The notes under the pieces were generated by a model that saw only the letters and a list, made by a program, of their open reading frames with translations, was not told the DNA's origin and searched no databases. From assembly GCA_041592575.1 (NCBI GenBank), contig JBFHPX010000001.1, positions 1 to 55,482 on the forward strand: a stretch of 55,482 nt of DNA. Reading direction: 5' to 3'. Positions 1 to 9,795 of this stretch are shown piece by piece. The number at the start of each line of letters is the position of its first letter. The first letter of the stretch is position 1. Both the position numbers and the translations under genes were made by a program. This DNA is from Alcanivoracaceae bacterium (GTDB taxonomy: Bacteria > Pseudomonadota > Gammaproteobacteria > Pseudomonadales > Alcanivoracaceae).

Positions 1-439
1 CGATCACCGAATCAGCAGCAGTCAGCGCGTTCACCGTCAGCATGTTCAGCGACGGCGGGCAGTCGATCAGGATGTAATCGTACTTGTTCTTGATCCGCGC
101 CAGCGCGTTACGCATACGGAATTCCTTCAGCTTCAGGTCGAGCATCTGGACTTCGGCGGCGGTCAGGTCTTCGTTGGCGGCAATCAGGTCAAAGCCGCTG
201 GCTTCCGGGGTTTTGACGATGGCGTGCTCGATTTCCACTTCGTCCATCAGCACGTCGTAAATGGTGTGCTCAACGCCGTGCTTGTCGACGCCGGAGCCGG
301 AGGTGGCATTGCCCTGGGGATCGCTGTCGATCAGCAGCACCCGCTTGCGGGTAGCGGCCAGCGACGCGGCCAGATTGACGCTGGATGTGGTTTTACCCAC
401 CCCTCCTTTCTGGTTGGCGACTGCGAACACCGTGGTCAC
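1..439 (-). CDS. parA: ParA/Soj chromosome partitioning ATPase (3' part outside window)
   Basis: Manual translation from GTG at 439: MTTVFAVANQKGGVGKTTSSVNLAASLA...LLIDSDPQGNATSG...YDYILIDCPPSL. Deviant Walker A KGGVGKT, AAGGAG RBS, located downstream of rsmG. Confidence 0.95.
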   Translation of the reverse strand, partial: MTTVFAVANQKGGVGKTTSSVNLAASLAATRKRVLLIDSDPQGNATSGSGVDKHGVEHTIYDVLMDEVEIEHAIVKTPEASGFDLIAANEDLTAAEVQMLDLKLKEFRMRNALARIKNKYDYILIDCPPSLNMLTVNALTAADSVI

Positions 440-461
440 AAACTCGTCTCCTTTTCCAACG

Positions 462-1082
462 TTAGGCAACGTTGCGCGTCAGAATAATCAGTTGCCGGCG
501 CTCGTCGAGCCCCGGCACCGTCAGTGCAATTCGTTCGGCTTTCCATGGCGCTTGCACGCCGGCCATTTCCACATCGGTGAGCGCCGCTTTCATCGCCAAC
601 ATGCAACCGCCGGGGGCCAGCAGGTGGCCGGCGACGTCGAGCATGTCCGGCAACGAGGCGAAAGCGCGGCTGATCACCTGGGGCGAGGCATTACGGTACT
701 GCTCTGCCCGGGCCTGCACAACCTCGACATTGGTCAATCCGAGCTCCAGTGCGGCCTGCTTGGCAAAACGGGTTTTCTTGCCATTGCTGTCCAGCAAGGT
801 CACCTTTAATGCCGGCAGGGCAATGGCCAGCGGGATCCCCGGAATGCCGGCCCCGGTGCCGACGTCAATTATTTCAGTAGCTTGCACATGGGGCAGCACA
901 CTGAGCGAATCTAGCAAATGGCGTACCACCATCTCCGCCGGCTCACGCACGGCGGTCAGGTTGTAGGCCTTGTTCCATTTATTCAGCAGCCCAACATAGC
1001 CGAGCAGCTGCTGTTGCTGCGCCGACGAGAGTTCGATGCCGAGGGCCTGTGCACCATCGGCAAGCATTTTCGCAAGGTTCAT
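462..1082 (-). CDS. rsmG: 16S rRNA m7G527 methyltransferase RsmG (GidB)
   Basis: [32 protein letters not shown] and SRAF motifs; start overlaps the mnmG stop. Confidence 0.97.
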   Translation of the reverse strand: MNLAKMLADGAQALGIELSSAQQQQLLGYVGLLNKWNKAYNLTAVREPAEMVVRHLLDSLSVLPHVQATEIIDVGTGAGIPGIPLAIALPALKVTLLDSNGKKTRFAKQAALELGLTNVEVVQARAEQYRNASPQVISRAFASLPDMLDVAGHLLAPGGCMLAMKAALTDVEMAGVQAPWKAERIALTVPGLDERRQLIILTRNVA

Positions 1083-2965
1083 GCTTTAACCTGGCGCCCG
1101 GCGCTGTGTTTTTTCAGGTAGATCCGCAAAAGCGAAATCGCCGCCGGGGTCATGCCCTGAATGCGGCTGGCCTGGCCAAGCGTGGCCGGCCGGATCTGCT
1201 CCAGCTTCTGACGCAATTCGTTGGACAGCCCGCTGACCACGGCGTAATCAAAATCTTCCGGCAGCGCAGTGTTTTCACTGGCGCGCAGCTTTTCCACTTC
1301 GTCGGCCTGACGATCAATATAGCCGGCGTACTTGGCCAGAATTTCCACCTGCTCGGCCACCGCCGGCGCCTCCGGTTCAAAGCCGGCGGCCTGCATCAGC
1401 GGCAGGTATTCCACTTCCGGGCGACGCAGCAGATCGAGCAGGCTGTATTCGTGGCTGATCGGTTTGTCGAGCAGCGCGTTAACTTTTTCCGCCTTGTCGG
1501 TGCCGGGTTGAATCCAGCTGGTTTTCAGGCGCGTCTGTTCGCGCTCCATGCCTTCGCGCTTGGCGCAGAACACGCGCCAGCGCTGATCATCAACAAGGCC
1601 AAGCTCGCGGCCTTTTTCAGTCAGGCGCAAATCGGCGTTGTCTTCGCGCAGCAGCAAGCGGTATTCGGCGCGGCTGGTAAACATGCGGTACGGCTCGCGG
1701 GTCCCCAGGGTGATCAGGTCATCCACCAGCACGCCGATGTAGGCCTCTTCGCGACGCGGGCTCCAGGGTTCGCGATCACTTGCCAACAGCGCGGCATTGA
1801 TACCCGCCAGCAAGCCCTGGGCACCGGCTTCTTCGTATCCGGTGGTGCCGTTGATCTGGCCAGCAAAAAACAGGCCGGGCACGTGTTTGGTTTCCAGCGA
1901 GTGCTTGAGATCCTGCGGATTGAAATAGTCGTATTCAATCGCGTAACCGGGCCGGGTGATGTGGGCGTTTTCAAACCCGCGAATGGAACGCACGGCGGCG
2001 AGCTGGATATCAAACGGCAATGAAGTGGAGATGCCGTTCGGGTACAGCTCGTGGGTGGTCAGGCCTTCCGGCTCGACAAAAATCTGGTGGCTGTTCTTGT
2101 CGGCGTAGCGATTGACCTTGTCCTCGATGCTCGGGCAGTAACGCGGCCCGGTGCCTTCGATGACGCCAGTAAACATGGGCGAGCGATCAAACCCGGAACG
2201 AATAATGTCGTGGGTGCGCTCGTTGGTATGAGTGATATAGCAGCAGGTCTGCTCGGGATGTTCATCGGCGCTGCCGATGTAACTCATCACCGGGATCGGC
2301 GTGTCGCCCCACTGCTTTTCCATCACTGAGAAATCCACCGACTTGCCGTCGATGCGCGGCGGCGTGCCAGTTTTCAGACGTTCAACGCGCAGCGGCAGTT
2401 CACGCAGGCGCTTGGCCAGGGCGATGGACGGCGGATCCCCGGCGCGGCCACCGCTGTGGTTATCGAGGCCAATGTGGATGCGGCCGCCAAGGAAGGTGCC
2501 GGCTGTCAGCACCACGGCGCGGGCGTGGAAACGCAGGCCCATATTGGTGACGGCGCCGACGCAGCGCTCGCCATCCATGATCAGGTCGTCCACCGCCTGC
2601 TGGAAGATGGTCAGGTTCGGCTGATTCTCGAGCATGCCGCGGATGGCCGCCTTGTAGAGAATACGGTCGGCCTGGGCGCGGGTGGCGCGCACCGCCGGGC
2701 CCTTGCGGGCGTTGAGTACGCGGAACTGGATGCCGGCGCGGTCGGTGGCGCGGGCCATGGCGCCGCCCAGCGCATCGATCTCTTTCACCAGGTGGCTCTT
2801 GCCGATGCCGCCGATGGCCGGGTTGCAGCTCATCTGGCCGAGGGTTTCGATGTTGTGGGTCAGCAGCAGCGTGGCCGCGCCCATACGCGCAGCCGCCAGC
2901 GCGGCTTCGGTACCGGCGTGGCCACCACCAATGACAATGACATCGAAACGTTGCGCGAAATCCAT
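1079..2965 (-). CDS. mnmG: tRNA uridine-5-carboxymethylaminomethyl modification enzyme MnmG (GidA)
   Basis: [13 protein letters not shown]-binding motif, [45 protein letters not shown]. Confidence 0.98.
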   Translation of the reverse strand: MDFAQRFDVIVIGGGHAGTEAALAAARMGAATLLLTHNIETLGQMSCNPAIGGIGKSHLVKEIDALGGAMARATDRAGIQFRVLNARKGPAVRATRAQADRILYKAAIRGMLENQPNLTIFQQAVDDLIMDGERCVGAVTNMGLRFHARAVVLTAGTFLGGRIHIGLDNHSGGRAGDPPSIALAKRLRELPLRVERLKTGTPPRIDGKSVDFSVMEKQWGDTPIPVMSYIGSADEHPEQTCCYITHTNERTHDIIRSGFDRSPMFTGVIEGTGPRYCPSIEDKVNRYADKNSHQIFVEPEGLTTHELYPNGISTSLPFDIQLAAVRSIRGFENAHITRPGYAIEYDYFNPQDLKHSLETKHVPGLFFAGQINGTTGYEEAGAQGLLAGINAALLASDREPWSPRREEAYIGVLVDDLITLGTREPYRMFTSRAEYRLLLREDNADLRLTEKGRELGLVDDQRWRVFCAKREGMEREQTRLKTSWIQPGTDKAEKVNALLDKPISHEYSLLDLLRRPEVEYLPLMQAAGFEPEAPAVAEQVEILAKYAGYIDRQADEVEKLRASENTALPEDFDYAVVSGLSNELRQKLEQIRPATLGQASRIQGMTPAAISLLRIYLKKHSAGRQVKA

Positions 2966-2984
2966 CGGCTCTCGACCTGACAGG

Positions 2985-3000
2985 ACACTATATATAGTGG
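2985..3000. promoter_or_regulatory. Candidate NrdR box (palindrome CACTATATATAGTG) in the mnmG leader
   Basis: ACACTATATATAGTGG matches the NrdR consensus acaCwAtATaTwGtgt at 15 of 16 positions. A degenerate copy (ACACTAATTCTGCTCA) starts 32 bp away at 3017. Confidence 0.6.
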
Positions 3001-3045
3001 GCAGAAGCGCCCAACGACACTAATTCTGCTCAGATTTTGAGCAAA

Positions 3046-3082
3046 GGGCGCGTAGTATACGCGGGCGGCGGGGAAATTAAAG
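3046..3082 (-). promoter_or_regulatory. Putative sigma70 promoter of mnmG with GC-rich discriminator
   Basis: Minus-strand TATACT (3054-3059) followed by ACGCGCCC; the -35 element is weak (TTTAAT-like). Confidence 0.5.
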
Positions 3083-3095
3083 ATTCGCGCCGAGG

Positions 3096-3353
3096 TTATC
3101 GATACACCTCGCGCCGATGCCCGACCTTGACCACCACCACAGTCAGCACCTCGTCGGCGATTTCATACAGGATGCGATAGACGCCCTGACGGATGCGGTA
3201 GCGCTCAAGGCCGGAGAGCTTTTCGCAGCCGGGCGGCCGCGGATCATCCTGCAGGGCTTCGATGCGCGCCAGAACCCGGGCGATATCCGCCTGCGGCAAG
3301 GCGCGCAGATCCTTCGCCACCGAGCGGCGAACAACGAGCTTATATCTTGCCAT
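3096..3353 (-). CDS. Type II toxin, RelE/ParE family
   Basis: 85 aa; DPRPPGCEKLSG-RYRIRQGVYRILYEI...VVKVGHRREVYR is a typical RelE signature; overlaps the antitoxin gene. Confidence 0.9.
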   Translation of the reverse strand: MARYKLVVRRSVAKDLRALPQADIARVLARIEALQDDPRPPGCEKLSGLERYRIRQGVYRILYEIADEVLTVVVVKVGHRREVYR

Positions 3354-3573
3354 GCGCCTTGAGGTCGTTAAGCAGGGCCTCGTAGCTCATGGTCGGCTCG
3401 GCAACCCGGTCCTCGAAAGCGCTGAGGTCTTCCTGATCCTCGGCCAGGGCCGCCCGCACTGCGTCGTTGACGATCTCGGAGACGCTTCGGTGGGTGTGGG
3501 CCGCCTTGAGCCGCAGGGCGGTATGCAGCCGGGCGTCGAAGTAGATGGTGGAGCGCTTAAGGGGTTCGCTCAT
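3340..3573 (-). CDS. Ribbon-helix-helix (CopG-like) antitoxin
   Basis: ATG at 3573 with AGGA RBS; KRSTIYFD...LHTALRLKAA...SVSEIVNDAVR RHH pattern; acidic C-terminus; lies directly upstream of the toxin. Confidence 0.85.
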   Translation of the reverse strand: MSEPLKRSTIYFDARLHTALRLKAAHTHRSVSEIVNDAVRAALAEDQEDLSAFEDRVAEPTMSYEALLNDLKAHGKI

Positions 3574-3597
3574 GACTGGTTCCTGCAAGAAGGCGAT

Positions 3598-3646
3598 TTA
3601 ACGTTATAACGTCAAAACATCATAGCGGCTTAAGAGTAGATTACAA
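3598..3646 (-). promoter_or_regulatory. Promoter/operator of the RHH-RelE module
   Basis: Minus strand TTGTAA-N16-TATGAT. Three tandem 8-bp repeats (ATGATGTT/TTGACGTT/ATAACGTT, 3600-3623) contain the palindrome ACGTTATAACGT (3601-3612). Confidence 0.6.
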
Positions 3647-3687
3647 AGCCGGCCCGGCGGCCCGCACCAGCCGGGGTCCATAGCTCA

Positions 3688-3972
3688 TCAGCGCGCCAAC
3701 GGGGTCGCATCCAGTTGCAGGTGGAATCCGCATGCGGCTGCATACTTCTGCAGGGTGGCCCAGCTGGGGTTGGAGCGGCCGTTTTCCAGCCGGCTGATGT
3801 TGCTTTTCTGCGTCCCCAATCGAACTGCCAGCTCACTCTGGGTGAGGCCAGCGGCTGCACGCATCGCAAGCAGCATTTCGATAACGGCGAACTCGTCTTC
3901 CAGCGCTTCGTACTCCCGCTTCACTGCCGGGTTGCTGAGGGCTTTCTTCTTGAGCCTCGCAAGTTCACTCAT
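3688..3972 (-). CDS. HigA-like XRE-family HTH antitoxin
   Basis: Start reassigned to ATG 3972 (MSELARLKKKALSNPAVKREYEAL...); cro/XRE HTH GLTQSELAVRLGTQKSNISRLENG; overlaps the toxin stop by 8 nt. Confidence 0.88.
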   Translation of the reverse strand: MSELARLKKKALSNPAVKREYEALEDEFAVIEMLLAMRAAAGLTQSELAVRLGTQKSNISRLENGRSNPSWATLQKYAAACGFHLQLDATPLAR

Positions 3973-4291
3973 GGCCGGTAACCTCCCGCATTCTTGATCT
4001 CGCCAGTGACAGCATGTGACCCGGTGTCTTCTGACTCTTTTTGACGAAGACAACCAGCACATGGATGCAACGACTGTCGACGTAACAGAACAGCCCGCGT
4101 CCAATGCCTTCTTTTGCCTTCGCCCTGATTTCGAACAGCCCATCGCCCATCGGCTTGGTATGCGGTGCGCCAAGGTTGGGACCATGGCGCTCCATCACTT
4201 CCAACAAGCGGATCATTCGTGCCTGAATCCCCGCTGGCATGGCGAGAAGCTGGTCGGCAACACCAGGGTGAAACGTCACTGTCCAGATCAT
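3965..4291 (-). CDS. HigB-like (Gp49/RelE superfamily) toxin
   Basis: 108 aa; HGPNLGAPHTKPMGDGLFEIRAK...GIGRGLFC...FVKKSQKTP; toxin-first gene order. Confidence 0.88.
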   Translation of the reverse strand: MIWTVTFHPGVADQLLAMPAGIQARMIRLLEVMERHGPNLGAPHTKPMGDGLFEIRAKAKEGIGRGLFCYVDSRCIHVLVVFVKKSQKTPGHMLSLARSRMREVTGHE

Positions 4292-4304
4292 TGCGCAGCA
4301 CGCA

Positions 4305-4337
4305 GGTTATCTTATTTGATAACCCGCCCCCGTTCAA
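4305..4337 (-). promoter_or_regulatory. higBA-like promoter with overlapping palindromic operator
   Basis: Minus strand TTGAAC-N17-TAAGAT. A perfect inverted repeat GGTTATC-N6-GATAACC (4305-4324) covers the -10 element. Confidence 0.7.
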
Positions 4338-4486
4338 GAAATGACTATCCTGATAGCGGTGCAACAGTCGCCTTGTCGGTTCGATGCCACAACATTGGTA
4401 CGCGCCTGTCCATACGCACTCTGATCGCCGCCTATAGCAGTCGGGCTTTCCTGCGTATACTGCGACTTTAACTGGGAACCCTCCCT

Positions 4487-6184
4487 TTGGACGCTCTCAA
4501 CCTGACACTGCTGATTGGCGCCGGCCTGCTGTTTGTCGGCCTGCTGCTTGGCTCCCTGAGCCTGCGGGTTGGCGTGCCGTCGCTGCTGGTGTTTTTGCTG
4601 GTCGGCATGGTCGCCGGTGAGGACGGTATCGGTCGCATCCAGTTCAACGATTTCGAGCTGGCCTATCTGGTTTCCAACATCGCGCTGGCGATCATCCTGC
4701 TGGATGGCGGCTTGCGCACCCGACTATCTACCTTCCGCGTTGGTCTCAAACCGGCGCTGACACTCGCCACGCTCGGTGTCGCCCTGAGCGCCGGGCTGGT
4801 GGGCGCCTTTGCCACCTGGCTGATGGATCTGGACTGGCGCATCGGTCTGCTGCTCGGCGGCATTATCGGCTCCACCGATGCGGCGGCAGTGTTCAACCTG
4901 ATCAAGAGTAGTGGTGTCACCCTGAATGAACGGGTGGCGAGCACACTGGAGGTCGAGTCCGGCCTTAACGATCCGATGGCGATTTTCATTACCGTGTTGC
5001 TGATTGAGGTGATTACCACACCGGGGCTCGGGTTGGGCGGGGAAAGCCTGCTGGCGCTGGTGCAGCAGTTCGGCGTTGGTGCCCTGCTCGGCGCCGGTCT
5101 CGGCACCATGCTGGCGGAGCTGTTATCGAAGGTGCGCAGCAAGGAAGGCCTGCATGCGCTGCTGCTGTGCACCGGCGGCGCCAGTGTTTTCGCCGCCACC
5201 AACGCACTGGGCGGCTCTGGCTTCCTCGCGGTCTATGTGGCCGGACTGATTGCCGGCAACCGTGGCGGCGGCGCCGGCGACGATGTGCTGCAATCGATGG
5301 ACTCCATGGCCTGGCTGGCGCAGTCCGGCATGTTCCTGTTGCTCGGCCTGCTGGTGACACCATCGACCCTGTGTGAGCACGGTCAGGAAGCGATCATCAT
5401 CGCCCTGTTTCTGATGTTTATTGCCCGTCCGCTGGCGGTCTGGATTTGCCTGCTGCCGTTTCATTTCGACTGGCGGGAAAAGCTGTTTGTGTCCTGGACC
5501 GGCCTGCGCGGCGCGGTACCGATCGTACTGGCGATGTTTCCGCTGCTGGCCGGCATCAGCCAGACCCGCCTGCTGTTCGACGTCACCCTGATCGTGGTAC
5601 TGGCGTCGCTGCTGCTGCAGGGCAGCAGCATGGGTCTGCTGGCGCGGCTGCTCAGGGTGTCACTGCCGCTGCTGCCAAAACCGTTGCAGGTGTCGGCCTG
5701 GCAAGGCGGTGGCCATCTGCATCTGATCCAGTTTGTGGTCGAAGCCGGCGCCCGGGCGGAGGGCAAGACGCTGGCCTCGCTGGCAGTCGGTGAGGCACAA
5801 CCACTGCTGATCCTGCGCGGCGAGGAGCGCCTGCATGACGATGCCAATCTGGTCAGCGCCGGAGACCATGTGGCCTGGCTCGCGCCGATCAATGACGAGC
5901 CGTCGCTGGCGGCGCTGTGCCAGACGGTGACGCCGTCGATCAAGCGCTTCTACGGTGACTTCACCGTGCGCGGTGATGTCCATGTTGCCGATCTCACCCT
6001 CGCCTACGGCATTCAGCTCGCCGACAACAGTGTCAACAAGTTGACTCTGGATGCACTGTTTCGACGGCGCATCGGCCAACCGGTGGTGGGCGATGTGTTG
6101 CGCATAGGCGGTCTGCGCCTGCGCGTACGCAGCATGGACGGCGCTCGGGTCGATCAGGTTGGCATTCGCCTGCCGCACGACTGA
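4487..6184 (+). CDS. cvrA: K+/H+ antiporter, CvrA/NhaP2 family
   Basis: Many TM segments; ILLDGGLRT, STDAAAVF, ESGLNDPMA and WTGLRGAVPI motifs; C-terminal TrkA-C and CorC/HlyC-like domains; TTG start. Confidence 0.88.
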   Translation: MDALNLTLLIGAGLLFVGLLLGSLSLRVGVPSLLVFLLVGMVAGEDGIGRIQFNDFELAYLVSNIALAIILLDGGLRTRLSTFRVGLKPALTLATLGVALSAGLVGAFATWLMDLDWRIGLLLGGIIGSTDAAAVFNLIKSSGVTLNERVASTLEVESGLNDPMAIFITVLLIEVITTPGLGLGGESLLALVQQFGVGALLGAGLGTMLAELLSKVRSKEGLHALLLCTGGASVFAATNALGGSGFLAVYVAGLIAGNRGGGAGDDVLQSMDSMAWLAQSGMFLLLGLLVTPSTLCEHGQEAIIIALFLMFIARPLAVWICLLPFHFDWREKLFVSWTGLRGAVPIVLAMFPLLAGISQTRLLFDVTLIVVLASLLLQGSSMGLLARLLRVSLPLLPKPLQVSAWQGGGHLHLIQFVVEAGARAEGKTLASLAVGEAQPLLILRGEERLHDDANLVSAGDHVAWLAPINDEPSLAALCQTVTPSIKRFYGDFTVRGDVHVADLTLAYGIQLADNSVNKLTLDALFRRRIGQPVVGDVLRIGGLRLRVRSMDGARVDQVGIRLPHD

Positions 6185-6322
6185 GTGCGCGATTCCCACT
6201 AGCGCCGGCATGGCCGGTTTTTCCGGTCAAAGCTTCGCCAGACCCGTTCCGCTATAAATCGCCGCCATCGGGAAACAAATGTTGACTGGTTCCCACCGAT
6301 GCCGACTTTTTCGAGGTGATTT

Positions 6323-8134
6323 ATGCCCCAGTACAAGGCCCCCGTACGCGACATGCGTTTCCTGATGAATGAAGTGTTCGACTTCGAGAGCCATTACAAG
6401 GCTCTGCCCAACGGCGGCGACGCCACACCGGACATGGTCGAGGCAATCATCTCGGAGATGGCCAAGCTGTGTGAGAACACCATTGCGCCGCTGTATCAGT
6501 CCGGCGACGAGGAAGGCTGCCAGTTCGATAACGGCAAGGTCACCACGCCTAAAGGTTTCAAGGAAGCCTATGATGCTTACGTGGCTGGCGGCTGGCAGGG
6601 TCTGTCGCACCCGGTCGAGTACGGCGGTCAGGGCTTGCCGATGTCGCTGGGCATGTTCAAGCAGGAAATGATGGGCACCGCCAACTGGTCGTTCTCGATG
6701 TATCCGGGCCTGTCGCTGGGCGCCATGAACACCATCATGATGCACGGCAGCGAAGCGCAGAAGCAGGAGTATCTGGTCCCGCTCACTGAAGGTCGCTGGG
6801 GTGGCACCATGTGTCTGACCGAGCCGCATTGCGGCACTGATCTTGGCCAGATGAAAACCAAAGCCGAGCCGCAAGCCGATGGCAGCTACAAGATCACCGG
6901 CACCAAGATTTTCATTTCTTCCGGCGAGCATGACCTGACCGAGAATATCGTTCATATCGTGCTGGCCCGTCTGCCGGATGCACCGGCGGGCACCCGTGGT
7001 ATTTCCCTGTTCATTGTGCCGAAGTATCTGCCCGGCAAAATCGGCGAGCCGCACGGCGTCAGCTGCGGTTCGATCGAACACAAGATGGGCATCAAGGCCT
7101 CCGCCACCTGCGTGATGAATTTTGATGGCGCCACCGGCTTCATGATTGCCGAGCCGAACAAGGGCCTCGAAGCCATGTTCACCTTCATGAACTCGGCCCG
7201 TATCGGCACCGCCATGCAGGGCATCTGCCACGCCGAGCTGTCCTATCAGGGTTCGGTGCCGTACGCGCTGGATCGGCGCTCGATGCGCGCCCTTTCCGGC
7301 AAGAAAGATCCCGATTCAATCGCTGACGCCATCGTCCATCACGGTGATGTACGACGCATGCTGCTGACCCAGAAGGCGATCGCCGAGGGTGGTCGCGCCA
7401 TGCTCTATTATGGCGCCCAGTACGCTGACAAGATGATCAGTGGTCTGCTCGAAAACGATCAGAAGAAATACGACTACTGGGACGACAAGCTCGGCTTCCT
7501 CACCCCGATCCTGAAAGGCTTCCTCACCGAGATGGGACTGGAAGCGGCCAATATCGGCATGCAGATTTACGGCGGCCACGGCTATATTCGCGAGCATGGC
7601 ATGGAGCAGATTGCCCGCGATGCACGCATCTCCACGCTGTACGAAGGCACCACCGGTATTCAGGCGCTGGATTTGCTCGGCCGCAAGGTTCTGCTGAGCA
7701 CCAAGGGCAAGTGCGTGCGCGAGTTCAGCCAGAAGCTGGTGTCATTCGGCACCAGCAATATGGGCAACAGCACGCTGCGTCCGTATGCCTGGAAGCTGCT
7801 GAAAATCGCAGCGCAGTGGAACTACCTGACCACCCGTATCATGCTGGTGGCGACAAAGGATCGCGACATCGTCAGTACTGCCAGCCACGACTTCCTGATG
7901 TACTCCGGCTACGCGATGATGGGGTACTTCTGGGCACTGCAAGCCGCGGTGGCGCAAGATAAGCTGCAGAACGGCGGCAACGAACCGAAAGAATTCTACG
8001 AAGCCAAGCTGGCCACGGCAGATTTCTATTTCGAGCGTATGCTGCCGCGCGCCAAGGCCCATGCCGAAGCCTGCCTGAAGCCGACCCGCTCGACCATGCA
8101 GTTGAAGAAAGAGCTGTTTGCGCTGGAGCAATAA
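6323..8134 (+). CDS. Long acyl-CoA dehydrogenase (with N- and C-terminal accessory domains)
   Basis: MPQYKAPVRDMRF N-terminus, GTMCLTEPHCGTDL, KIFISSGEHD, EHKMGIKAS, QIYGGHGY, YEGTTGIQALDL. Confidence 0.93.
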   Translation: MPQYKAPVRDMRFLMNEVFDFESHYKALPNGGDATPDMVEAIISEMAKLCENTIAPLYQSGDEEGCQFDNGKVTTPKGFKEAYDAYVAGGWQGLSHPVEYGGQGLPMSLGMFKQEMMGTANWSFSMYPGLSLGAMNTIMMHGSEAQKQEYLVPLTEGRWGGTMCLTEPHCGTDLGQMKTKAEPQADGSYKITGTKIFISSGEHDLTENIVHIVLARLPDAPAGTRGISLFIVPKYLPGKIGEPHGVSCGSIEHKMGIKASATCVMNFDGATGFMIAEPNKGLEAMFTFMNSARIGTAMQGICHAELSYQGSVPYALDRRSMRALSGKKDPDSIADAIVHHGDVRRMLLTQKAIAEGGRAMLYYGAQYADKMISGLLENDQKKYDYWDDKLGFLTPILKGFLTEMGLEAANIGMQIYGGHGYIREHGMEQIARDARISTLYEGTTGIQALDLLGRKVLLSTKGKCVREFSQKLVSFGTSNMGNSTLRPYAWKLLKIAAQWNYLTTRIMLVATKDRDIVSTASHDFLMYSGYAMMGYFWALQAAVAQDKLQNGGNEPKEFYEAKLATADFYFERMLPRAKAHAEACLKPTRSTMQLKKELFALEQ

Positions 8135-8146
8135 TCCGGCGCCAAC

Positions 8147-8178
8147 AAAAAAGGGGGAGGCAACCGCCTCCCCTTTTT
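8147..8178. terminator. Bidirectional intrinsic terminator
   Basis: AAAAAAGGGGGAGGC-AACC-GCCTCCCCTTTTT between convergent genes. Confidence 0.85.
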
Positions 8179-8190
8179 AATTCAGCTTCG

Positions 8191-8934
8191 TCAAAAGTTC
8201 AGCGATAGCGCCAGATAAGGTCCGCCCAGTTCTAGGTCGGCAGCGACATCATCGACATCTACGTCGAGAGTCAGTCGGCTGTAACCGAGTTCAACGCCGA
8301 GCAGAAAATCTGAAACCCAGCCTATGCCGGCGCGTACATCCGTGATGCTGTCACCATCGTAACCGATGGCATTGATCTCGCCGGTGGCATAAAAGCCGGT
8401 CAGCGGCAGCTTGCCATAAGCACCAACGTGCAGAAGCGGAATCACTTCGCTGATACTGGCTTCGCCGCGATTAGCCGGCACCCCCTCCTGCTGAATAATA
8501 AACTCGCCATCTATCTGCCGGGCGGTCAGGCCAAGATCGATTTTCACCACGTTATCCAGCGGCGAGTAATACAGGGTCAGGTCGGTGTAATCGAGATCAA
8601 CACTGCTGACCACATCAGTACTGGTCGCGAAGGGCCTGCCGCCGAAGGTGAAGCCGTTCTCCACCTGACCGCGGGCATCATCCGACAGGGTTGCATGCTT
8701 CACCCGCAGGTTCGGCAAAACCGGAACAGCGTGCTCCAGGCCGAGATAGGCCACGGTCTGCCGGCTGTCGTCATAGCCGAGGTCATCCTCCACATCCGCC
8801 TGACCGGCGCCATTACTGATCTGGCCGGACAATGCCGTCTGGCCGGTATACAGGCCGCCGTAAATGTCCACCAGCGGCGCACTCTGTGCGGAACCCGCCG
8901 CCAGCAGAGAGGCGACAATAATAGATTTGCGCAT
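8191..8934 (-). CDS. Outer membrane beta-barrel protein (TIGR04219-like)
   Basis: Start reassigned to ATG 8934; signal peptide MRKSIIVASLLAAGSAQSA; LEHAVPVLPNLRV and DLTLYY motifs; C-terminal GPYLALSLNF. Confidence 0.75.
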   Translation of the reverse strand: MRKSIIVASLLAAGSAQSAPLVDIYGGLYTGQTALSGQISNGAGQADVEDDLGYDDSRQTVAYLGLEHAVPVLPNLRVKHATLSDDARGQVENGFTFGGRPFATSTDVVSSVDLDYTDLTLYYSPLDNVVKIDLGLTARQIDGEFIIQQEGVPANRGEASISEVIPLLHVGAYGKLPLTGFYATGEINAIGYDGDSITDVRAGIGWVSDFLLGVELGYSRLTLDVDVDDVAADLELGGPYLALSLNF

Positions 8935-9093
8935 GGTCCTGCTCCCCTTGATCCGGTTTTGTCGTGGGCCATCAGTATGCATGCCCCGGCGACACTGTCA
9001 CGTCAACCGGTTCGCAACCCGGGCTTTTCTGTCCCCCGCCCCGGCAGGCTATACTCCCGCCCCTGAACGTGATGACCCGCGCAGGAGAGTCCC

Positions 9094-9795
9094 ATGGGTG
9101 CCCAGTGGAAAGTCAAAGGCAAAACCGAAGCCGCCGCCGCCAAAGGCCGGCTGTTTACCAAGCTGGCCAAGGAAATCATGGTTGCCGCCCGTGGCGGTGC
9201 TGACCCGGAAATGAACTCGCGGCTGCGGATGGCCGTGGAGCAGGCAAAGAAGGCATCGATGCCACGCGATACCCTGGAGCGGGCGATCAAGAAAGGCGCT
9301 GGCCTGCTCGATGAAGTGACCCACTATGAGGTGGTCACCTATGAGGGCTTTGCTCCGCATCAGGTGCCGGTCATTGTCGAATGTCTGACCGACAACAAGA
9401 ATCGCACTGCACAAAGCATCCGCTTGCTGTTTCGCAAGGGCCAGCTTGGCACCTCCGGTTCGGTCGCGTGGGATTTTGATTATCTGGGCTTTATTGATGC
9501 GGTCGCCAGCCGAGACGGCGTGGACCCGGATGAAGCGGCCATCGAAGCCGGCGCCCAGGACCTTGAAGCCGGCGAAGAGGGAGTTGTTCACTTCTACACC
9601 GAGCCGACCGATCTTGACGCCGTCAGTCGAGCGCTGCCGGAGCTGGGCTTCACGGTGCAATCCGCCAAACTTGGCTATCGGCCCAAAAATCCGGTTTCGC
9701 TGGAAGGCGATGCACTGGCGGAAGTGGAAGCGTTTCTCGAAGCCATTGACGAAGATGACGACGTACAGAACGTCTACGTGGGGCTGGCCGGCTGA
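9094..9795 (+). CDS. YebC/PmpR/TACO1 family protein
   Basis: [44 protein letters not shown]; N-terminus is MGAQWK rather than MAGHSKW. Confidence 0.92.
   Translation: MGAQWKVKGKTEAAAAKGRLFTKLAKEIMVAARGGADPEMNSRLRMAVEQAKKASMPRDTLERAIKKGAGLLDEVTHYEVVTYEGFAPHQVPVIVECLTDNKNRTAQSIRLLFRKGQLGTSGSVAWDFDYLGFIDAVASRDGVDPDEAAIEAGAQDLEAGEEGVVHFYTEPTDLDAVSRALPELGFTVQSAKLGYRPKNPVSLEGDALAEVEAFLEAIDEDDDVQNVYVGLAG

Noticed and set aside
2966-3095. A second origin upstream of mnmG/gidA as in E. coli, or a LexA box
   Set aside because: There are no DnaA boxes or 13-mers here, and the palindrome lacks the CTGT-N8-ACAG LexA core.
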